A DNA stretch of 62,486 bases, filler included, from a bacterium (GCA_043817485.1; 8 parts of 8 records of this genome joined end to end with filler, not necessarily neighbours in it), one strand, 5' to 3'; shown: positions 41,677-52,168, counted from the first letter of the whole stretch. Numbers and translations are program-made. The notes: a model not told the origin generated them from the letters alone.

Positions 41677-42693
41677 TTGCAAAAAGAAATTAAAAAAATA
41701 AACGAATCTTTTAAAATAGATTTTGAGAAAGTATTAAATTTAGAAAATTTAGAAAGACTTAAAATTTTTTATTTAGGCAAAAAAAGTCCAATTGTAGGGC
41801 TTTTGAAAAATATGGGAAATTTTACTTTATTAGAAAAACAATCGATGGGAAGGGCTTTAAATGATCTGAAATTACAAATTCAATCTTTAATAGATGAAAA
41901 AAAAGAAATTTTTTTAAAACAAAATCATTTAAAAAAAATAGAAAATGAATTTATTGATATTACTTTACCCGGAGAAATTCCAGATTATGGACAATTACAT
42001 CCTATTACTAAAACAATGAATGAAATTGAAAAAATATTTTTTAATATGGGATTTAATATTCGTAAAGGACCAGAAATAGAATTAGAATATTATAATTTTG
42101 AATCTCTTAATATTCCTAAAGAACATCCAGCAAGAGATATGCAAGATACTTTTTATATTTCTTCTGATGTAGTTTTAAGAACTCATACTTCTTCAGTTCA
42201 AATTAGAATAATGGAAAAAGAAACTCCTCCAATTAGAATTATTGTTCCAGGTAAAGTATATCGATGTGATGCAGATGCTACTCATACACCAATGTTTCAT
42301 CAAATAGAAGGTTTGGTAGTAGATGAAAATATAAGTATTGCTGATTTAAAAGGAATTCTTACAATTTTTTACGAACAAATTTTTTCTCCTTCAATTAAAT
42401 TAAGATTTAGACCGAGTTATTTTCCTTTTACAGAACCAAGTTTAGAAATTGATATTTCTTGTGTTATTTGTAATGGAAAAGGTTGTTGTACTTGCAAACA
42501 AAGTGGTTGGATGGAAATAGGTGGTGCTGGAATGGTGCATCCCAATGTATTTAAATCTGTAAATTATGATTCGGAAAAATATACTGGGTTTGCTTTTGGA
42601 ATGGGTGTAGATAGAATTACAATGTTAAAATATGGCATTAATGATATTAGACTTTTTTTTGAAAATGATATTAGATTTTTAAAACAATTCTAA
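41677..42693 (+). CDS. pheS: Phenylalanine-tRNA ligase alpha subunit
   Basis: HPARDMQDTF, LRTHTS, FHQIEG, YFPFTEPS, GFAFGMG. Confidence 0.97.
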   Translation: MQKEIKKINESFKIDFEKVLNLENLERLKIFYLGKKSPIVGLLKNMGNFTLLEKQSMGRALNDLKLQIQSLIDEKKEIFLKQNHLKKIENEFIDITLPGEIPDYGQLHPITKTMNEIEKIFFNMGFNIRKGPEIELEYYNFESLNIPKEHPARDMQDTFYISSDVVLRTHTSSVQIRIMEKETPPIRIIVPGKVYRCDADATHTPMFHQIEGLVVDENISIADLKGILTIFYEQIFSPSIKLRFRPSYFPFTEPSLEIDISCVICNGKGCCTCKQSGWMEIGGAGMVHPNVFKSVNYDSEKYTGFAFGMGVDRITMLKYGINDIRLFFENDIRFLKQF

Positions 42694-42777
42694 TTTTTTA
42701 AGGTTTGAAAACTAAAAATACATAATCAAAAATTTATGCAAAAATGTTTTTAAAGTTTGATTTTTTACAAAATTGAT

Positions 42778-43725
42778 TCATAGAATAATAATATTTTTAT
42801 TTAATTGTTCATAAGCTTTAATAATATTTTTTACTAACCTATGTCTTACTACATCATTTTTAGATAAAGGAATAAATTTTATTCCTTTAATTTTTTGTAA
42901 AATTTGTTGAACTTCTACTAATCCAGATTTTTTATTTACTGCTAAATCTATTTGAGTAACATCACCCGTAACAATAATTTTAGAAAAAAAACCTATTCTT
43001 GTTAAAAACATTTTCATTTGATCACAAGTAGTATTTTGAGCTTCATCTAAAATAATAAAAGCATTATTTAAAGTTCTTCCTCTCATATAAGCCAATGGAG
43101 CAATTTCAATTGTGCCTTTAGAAATAAAATTCGCAACTTCATTCATTCCCAACATATCATATAAAGCATCGTATAATGGCCTAAAATAAGGATCTACTTT
43201 TTCTAAAATATTACCTGGCAAATAACCCAAACTTTCTCCAACTTCAATAGCTGGTCGTACTAAAATTATTCGATCTACTTTTTTTTCTTTTAAAAAAGAA
43301 ACTGCTATAGCTACTGCTAAATATGTTTTTCCAGTTCCAGCAGGCCCAATACAAAAAATAAGATCATTATCTTTAATTGCTTTAACATATTTTTCTTGTC
43401 CAGAAGTTTTTGGCTTAATTTGACAATTTTGAAAAGTAGTAAAAATGGGAATTCTTTCATCATTGGGAATTGTTATATTTTTAGAAAAATAACAAATATC
43501 TTCAAAAGAAATAATTTCTTTTTTTTCTACTAAAAGAGAAAGCTTTTTTAGTAGAAAAAAAACATTTATTACTTTTTCTTTTTCTCCTTGAATAATTATT
43601 TTATTTCCTCTGGCAATAATTTTCACTTTAAATTGATCTTGAATAAATCTTAAATTACAATCATTTTTTCCATATAAATTTAAAAAATCAAAATCAGAGG
43701 GTAAAGTTAAATTTTCTATATACAT
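42778..43725 (-). CDS. phoH: PhoH family ATPase (YbeZ-like)
   Basis: GPAGTGKT, RPA, APLAYMRGRT, LDEAQN, GDVTQIDL, VVRH. Confidence 0.93.
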   Translation of the reverse strand: MYIENLTLPSDFDFLNLYGKNDCNLRFIQDQFKVKIIARGNKIIIQGEKEKVINVFFLLKKLSLLVEKKEIISFEDICYFSKNITIPNDERIPIFTTFQNCQIKPKTSGQEKYVKAIKDNDLIFCIGPAGTGKTYLAVAIAVSFLKEKKVDRIILVRPAIEVGESLGYLPGNILEKVDPYFRPLYDALYDMLGMNEVANFISKGTIEIAPLAYMRGRTLNNAFIILDEAQNTTCDQMKMFLTRIGFFSKIIVTGDVTQIDLAVNKKSGLVEVQQILQKIKGIKFIPLSKNDVVRHRLVKNIIKAYEQLNKNIIIL

Positions 43726-43743
43726 AAATCTTCACCTATACAA

Positions 43744-43777
43744 AAAAAAGGGAACAGCAAATACTGTTCCCTTTTTT
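43744..43777. terminator. Rho-independent terminator after the LysM lipoprotein gene
   Basis: AAAAAAGGGAACAG-CAAATA-CTGTTCCCTTTTTT. Confidence 0.85.
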
Positions 43778-43788
43778 AATTATATTTA

Positions 43789-44544
43789 TTATCTTGGAAT
43801 AGTGAAAAGTTGATTTGGATGAATTAAATGAGGATTATCTTTTTGTTTTAATATACTTTTATTTGCTTTATAAAGAGTAGGCCACATAAACGGATTATCA
43901 TAAATATCTTTATATTTTGCTATTTTCCAAAAACATTCCCCTTTTACTACAACATGTTGCGTTTTTATTGTTGGTTCTTCTACTACTGGTGTTTTTAATT
44001 CTTCTTCTTTTTTAGCTATTGCCATTCTTCTTGCTTCATTTGCTACATCAATAGCTTTATTAGCTAAATTAATAGATTCTAAATAATCTTCTACTCCAAA
44101 AGATGTTTCTGCTTGAGCCAATAAATTTTCTGCTTCTTGTAATTTGCTAAAAGCATATTTTTCTGCCTCTGAATCTTTTGCTAAATTAATTGCTATTTTA
44201 GCATCAGCAATTGCAGACATTGCATTTTTCTTTAATTCTTCTATTTTAGCAAGTGCTGTAAGAGATTTACTTTTTGCATCTACAGCTTTATCATAAGAAG
44301 AAATAGCTAAAACTTTTGCTTCTGCATTTTTCTTTTTAACAATTTTTCCTTCAGCACTACTATAATCAGTTTTTGCTCCAGTTAATTCTACTGGTGCATA
44401 TTTTGGTGCTTGAGATTCTTCTGCAGATTGAATAGCTGTTTTAGCATTTTCCATTTCTGCTGTAGGAATTGGTATTCCACCACAACCAACTAAAAACATC
44501 ATCAATGCTCCAACAAATAAACAAAAAATTCCTTTATATCCCAT
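43789..44544 (-). CDS. Lipoprotein with two DUF4398-like helical repeats and C-terminal LysM domain
   Basis: Lipobox LVGC, A.kYA..eL..A repeats, HVVVKGECFWKIA...WPTLYKAN...NPHLIHPNQ. Confidence 0.85.
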   Translation of the reverse strand: MGYKGIFCLFVGALMMFLVGCGGIPIPTAEMENAKTAIQSAEESQAPKYAPVELTGAKTDYSSAEGKIVKKKNAEAKVLAISSYDKAVDAKSKSLTALAKIEELKKNAMSAIADAKIAINLAKDSEAEKYAFSKLQEAENLLAQAETSFGVEDYLESINLANKAIDVANEARRMAIAKKEEELKTPVVEEPTIKTQHVVVKGECFWKIAKYKDIYDNPFMWPTLYKANKSILKQKDNPHLIHPNQLFTIPR

Positions 44545-44689
44545 TTTATTAATACCTCCTTTTTAAATATAAAATTATGTAGTATTTTTTATGTTATATT
44601 TATTTTTTGTCAATATTTTTTTACAAAAAAACAATTTAAAAATTTTTGTAGGTATTTTTAATTTGTTTTTTAGACACGCTAATTTTTCC

Positions 44690-44717
44690 TTGACAAATAG
44701 ACACTATTACATAAAAT
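44690..44717 (+). promoter_or_regulatory. Putative sigma70 promoter
   Basis: TTGACA-16 nt-TAAAAT upstream of 44807. Confidence 0.5.
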
Positions 44718-44806
44718 AATAACATAAAAATTTATAATAATTATTTTGTTTAAAAAAAATTATGGTTATATTAAAAAATAACTTTTGATTTTGAAAAGGA
44801 TTTGCT

Positions 44807-45354
44807 TTGAATATAAAAATTGGTTTTTGGTTAATAATCATTAGTTTTGTTTTTTTCAATTTTAATTTTGCTTTGAAAACAGAAATTTCTATTCCAAATC
44901 TTAAAATAGAATCTAATCATGTTTATATTTCAGCTTTTTTAAAAAATGGATTTACTCCAGAAATTAAAACAGCAATAAACAATGGAATTCAAAGTACTTT
45001 TAAATTTTCTATAGAATTAAGAGAAAAAAATGCTTTTTTATTTTTTATAGATAAAAAAATAAAAACAATAATAATAAATCATCAAGTTTTTTATAATGCT
45101 TTAGAAAAAAAATATATTGTAAAATTAGATGAAAAACAAAATAAATTTTATTTTATTTCTAATTTAGAAGAAACAGAAAATATTATAAAAAAAATAGAAA
45201 ATATTCCAATTATTCCAAAAAAACTTCTTTTGAAAAATAATCTTTATTATATTAGAATAAAAGTAGAAATAAACTCTATAGAATTATACCCACCATTGAA
45301 TTTGATATTTAACCAATTTACTCCTTACTGGAATTTTGCAACAAAATGGAAATG
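44807..45354 (+). CDS. DUF4390-like exported protein (3' partial at contig end)
   Basis: Signal peptide, EIKTAINNGI..TFKF.IEL, YNALEKKY, YYIRIK, WNF.TKW. Confidence 0.7.
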
Positions 45355-45454
45355 NNNNNNNNNNNNNNNNNNNNNNNNNNNNNNNNNNNNNNNNNNNNTT
45401 AATTAATTAANNNNNNNNNNNNNNNNNNNNNNNNNNNNNNNNNNNNNNNNNNNN

Positions 45455-45691
45455 ATGCAAAAATTAACAGGTTATAAACAACATGAAAAAGAGTTTGTTG
45501 CTTTGCTTCCTATTGGAGGAAGATTTACTATGACTGCTGAAGAAGCAGTTGAAGCAGCTAAAATAATAAAACCTACTTTAGCAATACCTATGCATTATGG
45601 TTCTATTGTTGGAAGTGCTAAAGATGCAGAAGAATTCAAAGAATTGTGCGAAGAAAATAATATTAAAGTTAAAATTTTAGAGAAAGGATAA
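45455..45691 (+). CDS. MBL-fold metal-dependent hydrolase, C-terminal part (5' partial)
   Basis: VALLPIGGRFTMTAEEAVEAAKIIKP.LAIPMHYG. Confidence 0.85.
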   Translation: MQKLTGYKQHEKEFVALLPIGGRFTMTAEEAVEAAKIIKPTLAIPMHYGSIVGSAKDAEEFKELCEENNIKVKILEKG

Positions 45692-45693
45692 TT

Positions 45694-46794
45694 TTAAGGA
45701 TAAGTAAATTTTTTCCCTTCATAATTTGTCATTTCTACTGTTCCATCTTCTTTTATTGTTGTATATTTTGGAAGAAGAGGTATTTTTCCTCCTCCACCTG
45801 GTGAATCTATTACAAAATGTGGAACAGCCATTCCGCTTGTATGTCCTCTAAGTCCTTTGATTATATTTAATCCATTTTCTACTGGACCTCTAAAATGTGA
45901 AGTTCCTTTTACCATATCTGGTTGATAAATATAATATGGTTTTACACCAATAGAAAGTAATTTTTGATTTAATTTTTTAAATATTTCAGGATTATCATTT
46001 ACTCCTTTTAAAACAATACTTTGATTTCCTAATTGTATTCCTGAATCAATTAATTTTTCACAAGCAATTTTTGATTGTTCTGTTACTTCATTTGGATGTT
46101 CAAAATGTGTATTAATGTAAAGTATTGGTTGTTTATTATATTTTTTTAGCATTTGACATAATTCATTAGTTATTCTTTCTGGCATTACACATGGAACTCT
46201 TGTTCCAATTCGAATCATTTCTAAATGAGGAATTTGACTTAATTCAAATAGAATTTTTTCTAATGTTTTATCTCCTAATAAAAGAGGATCTCCTCCTGAA
46301 ATTATAACATCTCTGATTTCTGTATGTTCTTTAATATATTTCATTGCTTTTCTTATATCTTCTATCGAGGGATTTTTTCTTACTTCTCCAACTTTTCTTT
46401 TTCTTGTACAAAATCTACAATACATTGCACAAGTATTTGAAACAAGAAGTAAACATCTGTCTGGATATCTATGAGTTATAAAAGGAGTGTTTCCTTCTTC
46501 TTTTAAAGGGTCTTCTTCTCCTTCTGTTTCTTCAATTTCTTGTATTTTTGGAATGCATTGATTCCAAATAGGATCTTTTTTTTCTTTAATTAAAGAAAGA
46601 TAATGTAAATTAATTCTCATTGGATATTTTTTTGTTACTTCTTCTATATTTTTTATTTCTTTTTCTGTTAAAAAAATACTTTTTTTTTCAAGAGCAATTT
46701 TTAAAAGATTTACATCAGAAATAGCTTTTGGAAGATGCAAATAATTAGAAACAGAAGGATGTACATCCTTGTTAGTGTTTTGGATATCTTTCAT
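45694..46794 (-). CDS. KamA-family radical SAM (lysine 2,3-aminomutase-like)
   Basis: HRYPDR, CAMYCRFCTRKR, SGGDPL, RIGTR, NQS..LKGVND, PGGGGK. Confidence 0.92.
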   Translation of the reverse strand: MKDIQNTNKDVHPSVSNYLHLPKAISDVNLLKIALEKKSIFLTEKEIKNIEEVTKKYPMRINLHYLSLIKEKKDPIWNQCIPKIQEIEETEGEEDPLKEEGNTPFITHRYPDRCLLLVSNTCAMYCRFCTRKRKVGEVRKNPSIEDIRKAMKYIKEHTEIRDVIISGGDPLLLGDKTLEKILFELSQIPHLEMIRIGTRVPCVMPERITNELCQMLKKYNKQPILYINTHFEHPNEVTEQSKIACEKLIDSGIQLGNQSIVLKGVNDNPEIFKKLNQKLLSIGVKPYYIYQPDMVKGTSHFRGPVENGLNIIKGLRGHTSGMAVPHFVIDSPGGGGKIPLLPKYTTIKEDGTVEMTNYEGKKFTYP

Positions 46795-46897
46795 TGTTGT
46801 TTTTATTTTTTATAATACTTTAGTATTTAAACATTTCCTTAGAAAATTATTTAATAGAATTTTTAGAATTAAAGAAATATTATTGAAAGAATTGTAA

Positions 46898-47482
46898 TTA
46901 TTCTATTTCATTAATTTTAGATATTCCCAATACTTTTGTTCCAAGCTCTTTAAATTTGTCAGTTATTTTTTCATCAGGTTTTCCTGTTAAATAGTATTTT
47001 GGTTTTCCATATTTTTTAATTAATTCATTTAATAATTCCTCTTTTGAAGGTTCTTTTTTAATTTTACTTGCAATTATTTTATTATAAATTCCTTCTAAAT
47101 TTGAAACTTTTAGAATTTCATTAATGTAATTTTGCGAATTTGTTGTAATTAAAATTAATTGATATTTTTCTTTTAAAGATTTTAATTTTTCTGCAATTTC
47201 TTTTTTTATCTTTTTAGGATTATTTTTTATGTATTGCATTACATCTTCTTGGTACCATTTTCTTGCTTGTCTTGTTTGTTGTTCTTTTGAAGCATTTGGC
47301 ATTATTTTTTTCATAGCTTCAATAACTCCTGGAAAATAATTTTCTTTTCCAATCCATTTTTCTAAAGAATTATCTCTTGTTTTTTCTATTGCTCTTTTAA
47401 ACCATGCTTTATGTGGTTCTATAAACACTTCATGTTCTAAAAGTAATCCATCAATATTTGTTGCTAATATTGGTTTTTCCAT
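46898..47482 (-). CDS. HAD-like family protein (degenerate motif I)
   Basis: ILATNIDGLL, LILITTN, KKEPSK. Confidence 0.6.
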   Translation of the reverse strand: MEKPILATNIDGLLLEHEVFIEPHKAWFKRAIEKTRDNSLEKWIGKENYFPGVIEAMKKIMPNASKEQQTRQARKWYQEDVMQYIKNNPKKIKKEIAEKLKSLKEKYQLILITTNSQNYINEILKVSNLEGIYNKIIASKIKKEPSKEELLNELIKKYGKPKYYLTGKPDEKITDKFKELGTKVLGISKINEIE

Positions 47483-47515
47483 AACTTTAATATACTAATT
47501 CATTATTTAAAAATT

Positions 47516-48079
47516 ATGGTAGATTCTTTTAATCAACGAAAAACAGCAGTTCTTTCAAAATTAGATAAGTCTTCAATTGGAAAATGGGATAAAAAAATTG
47601 TAAAACTTTGTGATAAATTAAATAAATCTAAAAATTATTATACAACTTCTTCGTGTTCTGGAAGAATTGTTTTAATGTTGGATCAAGATAAAAAAGAAAA
47701 TGGTTTATTTTTGGTTATGTCTCATGATTTAATTTCTTTTGAATGGTTAGAAAAAAATTTAGATTTTTTATCTAAAGAAAAAAAACTTATAAAATTTAAA
47801 TGTGAACCTCCAATTCTTCATGTTGTTTGTAAAGATTTGAAAATAGCTTCGGAACTATTAGAAAAAGCAAGAAAAATTGGTTGGAGAAGATCTGGAATTT
47901 ATTCTTTTGGAAAAAATATTGTTGTGGAATTAAATTCTACTGATAAATTAGAATTTCCAATAATAAACAATGGAAAATCTTTAGTTGATAAAAATTTTTT
48001 AAAAATAATTGTTAAAATATCTAATGAAAAATTGAAACGTGGTTGGGAAAAAATTGAGAATTTAAAGAAAAGTTTATAA
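47516..48079 (+). CDS. taw3: tRNA wybutosine-synthesis methyltransferase TYW3/Taw3 (archaeal type)
   Basis: DKSSIGKWD, YYTTSSCSGRI, EPPILHV, GWRRSGI. Confidence 0.9.
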   Translation: MVDSFNQRKTAVLSKLDKSSIGKWDKKIVKLCDKLNKSKNYYTTSSCSGRIVLMLDQDKKENGLFLVMSHDLISFEWLEKNLDFLSKEKKLIKFKCEPPILHVVCKDLKIASELLEKARKIGWRRSGIYSFGKNIVVELNSTDKLEFPIINNGKSLVDKNFLKIIVKISNEKLKRGWEKIENLKKSL

Positions 48080-48101
48080 AGAATATTTCTTTTAATTTTT
48101 T

Positions 48102-48311
48102 ATGGCTAAAGATAAAAAAGTTAATTGGACAACTACTTTAATTGTTTCTATTTTTTTAGGGGGATTAGGTATTGATAGATTTATTATGGGACATGTTGGT
48201 TTAGGAATTTTGAAATTATTAACTGCAGGAGGATGTGGTCTTTGGTGGTTAATTGATGTTATTTTAATTGCAACGAAACACGAGTTTCAAGGCGTTAAAT
48301 GGGAATATTAA
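48102..48311 (+). CDS. TM2 domain protein
   Basis: SIFLGGLGIDRF.MGH.GLGILKLLTAGGCGLWWLID. Confidence 0.92.
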   Translation: MAKDKKVNWTTTLIVSIFLGGLGIDRFIMGHVGLGILKLLTAGGCGLWWLIDVILIATKHEFQGVKWEY

Positions 48312-48628
48312 AGAAATTTTTATCTAAATTATTTACTTTATCTGATTCTTATTTTAGGTTTTTTATATTTGTTTTTGTTTTAATTTTTCTTTTAGTTTTA
48401 CCTTTTGAAATAATTGAAAAAACACATAATTTTTCTATTTGTTCTAAAATTTTTGGAAAGTATTGTTATTCTGTTGGAATTACTCGTGGTGTTTCTTTAT
48501 TATTAAAGGGAGATTTTTCAAAAGCAATTGAATATAATTTTCTTTGTATACCTGTTTTATTAATTTTGTTGGGTTTTATTTTTTATGATTTATTTAAAAT
48601 TTTAAAATCTAGAAAATTAAAAAAATAA
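48299..48628 (+). CDS. DUF2752-like membrane protein
   Basis: IC..IFG.YCYSVGITRG...LLKGDF..A..YN; adjacent to TM2. Confidence 0.75.
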   Translation: MGILKKFLSKLFTLSDSYFRFFIFVFVLIFLLVLPFEIIEKTHNFSICSKIFGKYCYSVGITRGVSLLLKGDFSKAIEYNFLCIPVLLILLGFIFYDLFKILKSRKLKK

Positions 48629-48833
48629 CCTTTTTATAGTCTAATCTCTTATTTTTTTTATCTTTAATAGAATATTGAAAGGAGGTAATAAAATATATGG
48701 CTAAAAAAAAGAGTAAGGGAGTATCNNNNNNNNNNNNNNNNNNNNNNNNNNNNNNNNNNNNNNNNNNNNTTAATTAATTAANNNNNNNNNNNNNNNNNNN
48801 NNNNNNNNNNNNNNNNNNNNNNNNNATGCAAAA

Positions 48834-49004
48834 TACCAAGTTGCATTCAAACGCTAATTGTGTTGACTACGGCTTCTTATGTCCCCCGCTGGCGGGGGTA
48901 TATAGGGGGTGGAATTCTTTAATACATTTTTCTGCTTGCGTTCGTACAGGCAGATCAGTCGTTTTCTTCTTGCCGCTTTATTATCATTTTGAATGCGACT
49001 TGTA
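48834..49004 (+). mobile_element. Complete MITE with TIR CAAGTTGCATTCAAA/TTTGAATGCGACTTG, TA-flanked, carrying a family B REP
   Basis: 15-bp inverted ends with 1 mismatch; no coding capacity. Confidence 0.75.
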
Positions 49005-49144
49005 GACTTGTTTTTATGAAAGTAAAGATACAAATAAAACTTGACACTTTTTTAAAAAAATATTATAAATTTTTTTTTATGTCAAGAAATTTTATAATTA
49101 ATTAAACAACATAAGCAAAATATTAATAATAAGGAAATTTTAAA

Positions 49145-50104
49145 ATGAAAATATTAATAACTGGTGGTGCTGGATTTATTGGTTCGCATTTATCTGATTA
49201 TTTAATAAAAAGAGGAGATGAAATTTGGGCAATAGATGACTTATCTACTGGAAAAAAAGAAAATATTTCTCATTTAGAAAATCATTCTAATTTTCATTTT
49301 GTTTTTGATAGTATTATGAATAGAGAAAAACTTGAAGAATTAGTTGATAAGTGTGAATATATTTATCATTTGGCAGCTGCTGTAGGGGTAAAATATATTA
49401 TAGAAAATCCTCTTTATTCTTTGCAAGTAAATATAAAAGGAACTGAAAATATATTAGAATTTGCTAATAAAAAAAAGAAAAAAGTTTTAATTGCTTCTAC
49501 ATCAGAAGTTTATGGGAAAAGCGAAAAACTTCCTTTTGAAGAAAATGGAGATATAGTTTTTGGTGCTACTTATAAAGCTCGATGGGGATATGGTTGTTCA
49601 AAAGCTGTTGATGAATTTTTAGGATTGGCTTATTTTAGAGAAAAAAAATTACCAATAGTTATTGCAAGACTTTTTAATACTTGTGGTCCTCGTCAAAGAG
49701 GTGAATATGGAATGGTTATTCCTCGTTTTATTAAACAAGCTCTTTTAAATTATCCTATTACAATTTATGGAACTGGAAAACAAACAAGGTGTTTTTGTGA
49801 TGTACAAGATGCAGTAAGTGGACTTGTTAAATTAATGGATGAAGATATAGCAATAGGAGAAATAGTAAATATTGGAAATAATGAAGAAATTTCTATTGAA
49901 GAATTAGCCAATAAAATTAAAAAATTAACTAAAAGTAATTCAATTATTGAATATATTTCTTATGAAAAAGCTTATGAATCTGGATTTGAAGATTTAAAAA
50001 AACGAATTCCCGATCTTTCTAAAATCAAAAAATTAATTAATTATCAACCAAAAATAAATATAGATAATCTTTTAAAAAGAACTATTGAATATTTTGAAGC
50101 ATAA
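49145..50104 (+). CDS. NAD-dependent nucleotide-sugar epimerase/dehydratase
   Basis: TGGAGFIGSH, HLAAAVGV, STSEVYG, YGCSK, RLFNTCGPRQ. Confidence 0.93.
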   Translation: MKILITGGAGFIGSHLSDYLIKRGDEIWAIDDLSTGKKENISHLENHSNFHFVFDSIMNREKLEELVDKCEYIYHLAAAVGVKYIIENPLYSLQVNIKGTENILEFANKKKKKVLIASTSEVYGKSEKLPFEENGDIVFGATYKARWGYGCSKAVDEFLGLAYFREKKLPIVIARLFNTCGPRQRGEYGMVIPRFIKQALLNYPITIYGTGKQTRCFCDVQDAVSGLVKLMDEDIAIGEIVNIGNNEEISIEELANKIKKLTKSNSIIEYISYEKAYESGFEDLKKRIPDLSKIKKLINYQPKINIDNLLKRTIEYFEA

Positions 50105-50222
50105 AATTAAAAAATCTCATATATGCTATAAAAGTAATTAAAAATAAAGAAATTTTATCCCCGAAAGAGTTACATTATTGTAACAAAACATATGTGTAAA
50201 TTTAGAATTGCAATAGTTTTTT

Positions 50223-50657
50223 TTATTCTTTCCAAATTCCTATTTTATTTTTTTTTGCTAAATCTTCATATTTTTGCCATTCAGATATATCAAAATGACA
50301 AGGTTGAATATTTGAAATTTTTGCATATCCATAACGAAGCATTTGAATATTTATATTTGTATCTTTTAAATAAACTATACATCTTGTTCGATTATAAGCA
50401 TCTCTTGGTCTTACTGGACAAATTTCTAAATCAATCTTTTTATTTAAAACTAAGTTTTTAAGAAAATCTGTAGCTTCTTGATAGTATTTTTGATTTTTTT
50501 CTGGAGCATCTATTCCTATAAACCTTATTATTATTTCTTCTGTTTCAATAGTATCTCCATCTATTACTTTAATACAAAGATGACCTGTTTCTTTTTTGCA
50601 AGCAATAATATTAAAAAGAAAAAAAATAAGCAAAAAATAAAATATTTGCCTTTTCAA
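50223..50657 (-). CDS. Thermonuclease (SNase) family lipoprotein
   Basis: IIAC lipobox, VIDGDT, IRFIGIDAPE, DAYNRT, AKKNKIGIW; TTG start after GGAG. Confidence 0.88.
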   Translation of the reverse strand: MKRQIFYFLLIFFLFNIIACKKETGHLCIKVIDGDTIETEEIIIRFIGIDAPEKNQKYYQEATDFLKNLVLNKKIDLEICPVRPRDAYNRTRCIVYLKDTNINIQMLRYGYAKISNIQPCHFDISEWQKYEDLAKKNKIGIWKE

Positions 50658-50665
50658 AAATACTC

Positions 50666-52168
50666 CTATTTTTTTCCTTTTATAAGTGCAACAAAAAAGC
50701 CGATAAAAGCAAAGATAGAAACAAATTCTAATCTTCCAGCCCACATTTCAAAAATATAAATTATTTTAAGTAGACAAGGCATAGAAGGAGTAGTAATTCC
50801 ACAAGAAAGACCAACATTAGCAGCAGCAGAGGTTGATTCAAACAAAGAATCAATAAAAGAATAGTTATAAAACATACCTACGATCGTGCCTAAAAAATAA
50901 ATTATAAAATAGCAAAAAGTAATTAATAAAGCATTTTTTGCCATAGCATCATCTAATATTAAATTTTTAATATGATGAATTTTGGAAATAAAAATACTCA
51001 TATCTGATGAAATGGTTGTTTTTATTTGTTGATAAAAAACTTTTAAAATTATACCAATTCTTAATGTTTTAATACCGCCTGTAGTAGAACAAGCACAACC
51101 ACCAATACCCATTGCTATAATTAAACCATAAGTAGCTAATTGTGTCCAGTTTTTTGAAAACTGCGTAGCATAAAGTGTTCCATATCCAGTTCCAGTATGA
51201 GCAGAAATAAGATGAAAAAATCCTTTTCTAAATAAAATTAAGGTATTATTATAATCAGCCATTTTAATTAAGCCGATTAAAGTAATAAAAAAAGTAAAAA
51301 ATATAGTCATAACAAATATTTTTATTTCTATATTTTTATAAATTTCTTTTTTTGTTCCATTCCAAACAACATAATGAAGTGCAAAATTTATAGCACCAGT
51401 AAGCATTGTAACAATAATTATTACCTCAGCCCAAAAATTGTGATAAAATAAAATATTTTGAGATTGAGGACCAAATCCACCAGTATCCCATCCAGCCATA
51501 GCAATCCAAATACTATGGAATAAAGATAAATCCCATTTTAATCCACCTTTACAAAAACTTATCCATAAAAAAATGCTTGATAACGCTACATAAAAAATAC
51601 TTACAATCCAAATAAATTTTGCTGTTCCGAGAATATTAGGAAGAATTTTTTCTTCTCTTGCTTCTCCGATATACATTCCAAGAGCACCCGTTGTTTTTCC
51701 TATGACCAAAAGAACACCAATTACTATTCCTTGTCCACCAATAAACATTATAAAATGACGCCACATATTATGTCCCATTGCTAAATGATCAAGGTCGCAA
51801 GCCAAACTAAGACCAGTTGTGGCAAATCCACTCATTGTTTCAAAACACGCATCTAAATAAGAATAAAAATGATTACTAAAAAATAAGGGAATTGCAGATA
51901 AAAACATAGCAACTAACCAAGATAATGAAGTAATTATTAAAGCATTTTTAAAAAGTAATTTTTTTTTTGTATAACACAAAAAGTTTACAATAAAAGCAAG
52001 AGATAAAGAAAAAAATATTCCGATAAGATAATCTAAACATGGATTCCATTCTTTATAAATAATAGAAACAAAAAAAGGAACTATCATAGCAATAGCAATG
52101 CCAATCATTATTTTGGAAAGATAAAAACCAATAATTTTAATATCATTTAATGTGGGTCTTAGTATCAT
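50666..52168 (-). CDS. trkH: Trk potassium uptake channel subunit
   Basis: FETMSGFATTG, DTGGF, HTGTG, STTGGIK, ANVGLS, WAGRLE. Confidence 0.92.
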   Translation of the reverse strand: MILRPTLNDIKIIGFYLSKIMIGIAIAMIVPFFVSIIYKEWNPCLDYLIGIFFSLSLAFIVNFLCYTKKKLLFKNALIITSLSWLVAMFLSAIPLFFSNHFYSYLDACFETMSGFATTGLSLACDLDHLAMGHNMWRHFIMFIGGQGIVIGVLLVIGKTTGALGMYIGEAREEKILPNILGTAKFIWIVSIFYVALSSIFLWISFCKGGLKWDLSLFHSIWIAMAGWDTGGFGPQSQNILFYHNFWAEVIIIVTMLTGAINFALHYVVWNGTKKEIYKNIEIKIFVMTIFFTFFITLIGLIKMADYNNTLILFRKGFFHLISAHTGTGYGTLYATQFSKNWTQLATYGLIIAMGIGGCACSTTGGIKTLRIGIILKVFYQQIKTTISSDMSIFISKIHHIKNLILDDAMAKNALLITFCYFIIYFLGTIVGMFYNYSFIDSLFESTSAAANVGLSCGITTPSMPCLLKIIYIFEMWAGRLEFVSIFAFIGFFVALIKGKK

